Below, piece by piece: positions 62,371 to 64,000 of a stretch of DNA of 64,000 bases; the first letter of the stretch is position 1, and every line of letters starts with the position of its first letter. Origin of the DNA: an uncultured Gemmatimonadaceae bacterium (GTDB taxonomy: Bacteria > Gemmatimonadota > Gemmatimonadetes > Gemmatimonadales > Gemmatimonadaceae); assembly GCA_963781585.1 (NCBI GenBank), contig CAWAGQ010000006.1, positions 224,001-288,000 on the forward strand, written 5' to 3'. The notes under the pieces were generated by a model. It saw only the letters and a list, made by a program, of their open reading frames with translations, was not told the origin of the DNA and made no database searches. The position numbers were made by a program, and so were the translations under genes.

Positions 62371-63195
62371 ATGACCGCCGCGCGACTGACTGCCTGTCTC
62401 GCGTTGCTGGTGGCGCCGGCGTCGGCCCGCGCCGCGGCGGGGCAGCCGAATGGCCCGGGCGGCCCACCGGATTCCCGGGCGAGACGGTCGGCCGCGGTTG
62501 GCGCCGCTTCCGATACTGCGCGGCAGTTGCCATTCCGTTCCGCCGGGGACAGTGCTGATTGGGCCCGGTGGCGGTCAGCGGCCACCGATTCACACGAGTT
62601 CCGAGTGGTTGTCTCGCTGTTCGATCGGGAGCTGTGGGTCATCAGCGGCGACGATACACTGCTCGACGTGCCCGCCGCCGTCGCCTCCGGGCTGACGCTC
62701 AATTACGCCGATCGCTCCTGGACCTTCCGCACCCCGCGCGGGCGGCACGAAGTGCTGCGGAAGATCGAGCATCCGCTGTGGACTCCTCCTGACTGGCTGT
62801 ACGCCGAGGTGGCCGAGGAGAACGGCCTCACCCTGGCTCGGCTGCGGCCGGGCGAGCGCGTCACCCTCGACGACGGCTCGCTGCTCACCGTGGTCGACGG
62901 CATGGCAGGACTGATTCAGCGCGGCACCGGCGAGTTCGTGCCGCTGCCTGACGACGAGCACATCGTGTTCGGGGACACCCTCTACATCCCGCCCTTCGGT
63001 ACGGACAACCGGAGAGTCCCCGGCGAGCTGGGGCAGTACGCGCTGGATCTCGGCGACGGGTACCTCATTCACGGCACGCCCGAGAAGGATTCCATCGGGC
63101 ATGCCGTCACCCACGGGTGCATCCGTCTGCGGGACGACGACATCGCCTGGGTCTACCGGTACGTGCCGGTGGGGACGCCGGTGTTCATCTACTGA
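62371..63195 (+). CDS. L,D-transpeptidase (YkuD)
   Basis: YLIHGT...IGHAVTHGCIRL...VPVGTPVFIY. Confidence 0.93.
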   Translation: MTAARLTACLALLVAPASARAAAGQPNGPGGPPDSRARRSAAVGAASDTARQLPFRSAGDSADWARWRSAATDSHEFRVVVSLFDRELWVISGDDTLLDVPAAVASGLTLNYADRSWTFRTPRGRHEVLRKIEHPLWTPPDWLYAEVAEENGLTLARLRPGERVTLDDGSLLTVVDGMAGLIQRGTGEFVPLPDDEHIVFGDTLYIPPFGTDNRRVPGELGQYALDLGDGYLIHGTPEKDSIGHAVTHGCIRLRDDDIAWVYRYVPVGTPVFIY

Positions 63196-63358
63196 CGGCT
63201 GCGTCAGCAGTCTTCACTTTTCAGCAATCAGTCCTCGGCGAGTAGTTGTCGGTTGACAGCCAGCCGCCCACAGTTGACCGTTGTCAGTCGCTGTTCAGGA
63301 GAACCTGTGGTGGTCGTGCGCTGATCACTGTCAACTCACTACTGTTAACTGATAGCTG

Positions 63359-63598
63359 ATGTCAGATAGCGACGCCCACTGGGAACTCCTCTGCACCGTC
63401 CACTCGGGCCTGGAGGCGGACCAGGTGCGTATCACGCTCGAGGAAGAGGACATTCCCGTCCTGATGAAAGGGATGCCGGTCGGGATCTTCGGCGGCGGGT
63501 TCCAGGGGACGATCCCGGGCGGCGTGGAGGTCTTCGTTCCGTCGCCGGAACTGGAGCGCGCGCGCGAGCTGATCGGCGAAGGCGAGCCTAACGACTGA
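63359..63598 (+). CDS. DUF2007-like small protein
   Basis: EADQVRITLEEEDIP...VEVFVP..ELERARELI. Confidence 0.75.
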   Translation: MSDSDAHWELLCTVHSGLEADQVRITLEEEDIPVLMKGMPVGIFGGGFQGTIPGGVEVFVPSPELERARELIGEGEPND

Positions 63599-64000
63599 AC
63601 TGCACCGCGGTCCCGGTCAGACTCCAGGTCGAGGCGTCGCCGCAGCCGCCCCCCGGGAAACCCTGGATCCGCAGCGTTGACGCGGTCACGACCTGCAAGA
63701 CGATGTGCAGGCTCGGCCACGACGACGACTGGTAGCAGTACAGGTTCCCGTCGGCGGTTACGAGCTTGAAGTCCAGGTTGACCCGGCCGCTCGATGCCGG
63801 TGTGAAACGGTACGTCCCCGTCGGCACGCTGGGCACCGACGTGCCCATCGAGAACACGCCCAAACCCGGCACGACGTTGTCGTGCACCAGGGCCAGGTGG
63901 TGGTCGTCGTTGGTCGTGGCGTCGTAGAACCAGCGACCCTGGCCAGTATTCGCCACGTCCTGCATCAGCTCCCCGCAGACCGGCGCCACCGAACGGCGCA
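63588..64000 (-). CDS. Hypothetical protein (3' part; continues beyond the window)
   Basis: Open frame with coding-like composition (GELMQDVANTGQGRWF...VTADGNLYCY). Confidence 0.55.
   Translation of the reverse strand, partial: RRSVAPVCGELMQDVANTGQGRWFYDATTNDDHHLALVHDNVVPGLGVFSMGTSVPSVPTGTYRFTPASSGRVNLDFKLVTADGNLYCYQSSSWPSLHIVLQVVTASTLRIQGFPGGGCGDASTWSLTGTAVQFSR

Overview
GC-rich bacterial window. The gene repertoire (many 6-bladed beta-propeller proteins, AraC-like pseudo-response regulators, plug-only carboxypeptidase-regulatory proteins, Tat-signal TldD) suggests Gemmatimonadota; this is an inference. About 2-29 kb is an accessory region organised as a tandem array with no integrase visible in the window. 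A ~1.9 kb 'head' (5' part of a Tat-lipoprotein amidase, a divergent intergenic region, a pseudo-receiver/AraC-type regulator, and a conserved TGCGGT-N14-TGCGGT promoter motif) occurs three times, plus a fourth partial copy. Each copy is followed by different, lower-GC cargo of secreted or lipoproteins: a Cys-rich peptide, beta-propellers, zincin- and G1-like peptidases, DsbA remnants and plug-only proteins. The region also holds a complete IS21, end-less IS256 and IS5 fragments, a HEPN/MNT pair and a diheme peroxidase. About 29-64 kb looks like core genome: a xylose/xyloside cluster, two c-di-GMP enzymes, a second amidase, an M16 peptidase, a MoxR-DUF58-BatA-DUF4159-TldD/E operon, an S9 peptidase, an OM barrel and an L,D-transpeptidase. 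This part carries REP-like and 7-mer repeats and a strongly strand-biased octamer, RCCTAACG. All calls come from reading the sequence and recalling family motifs; no searches were run.
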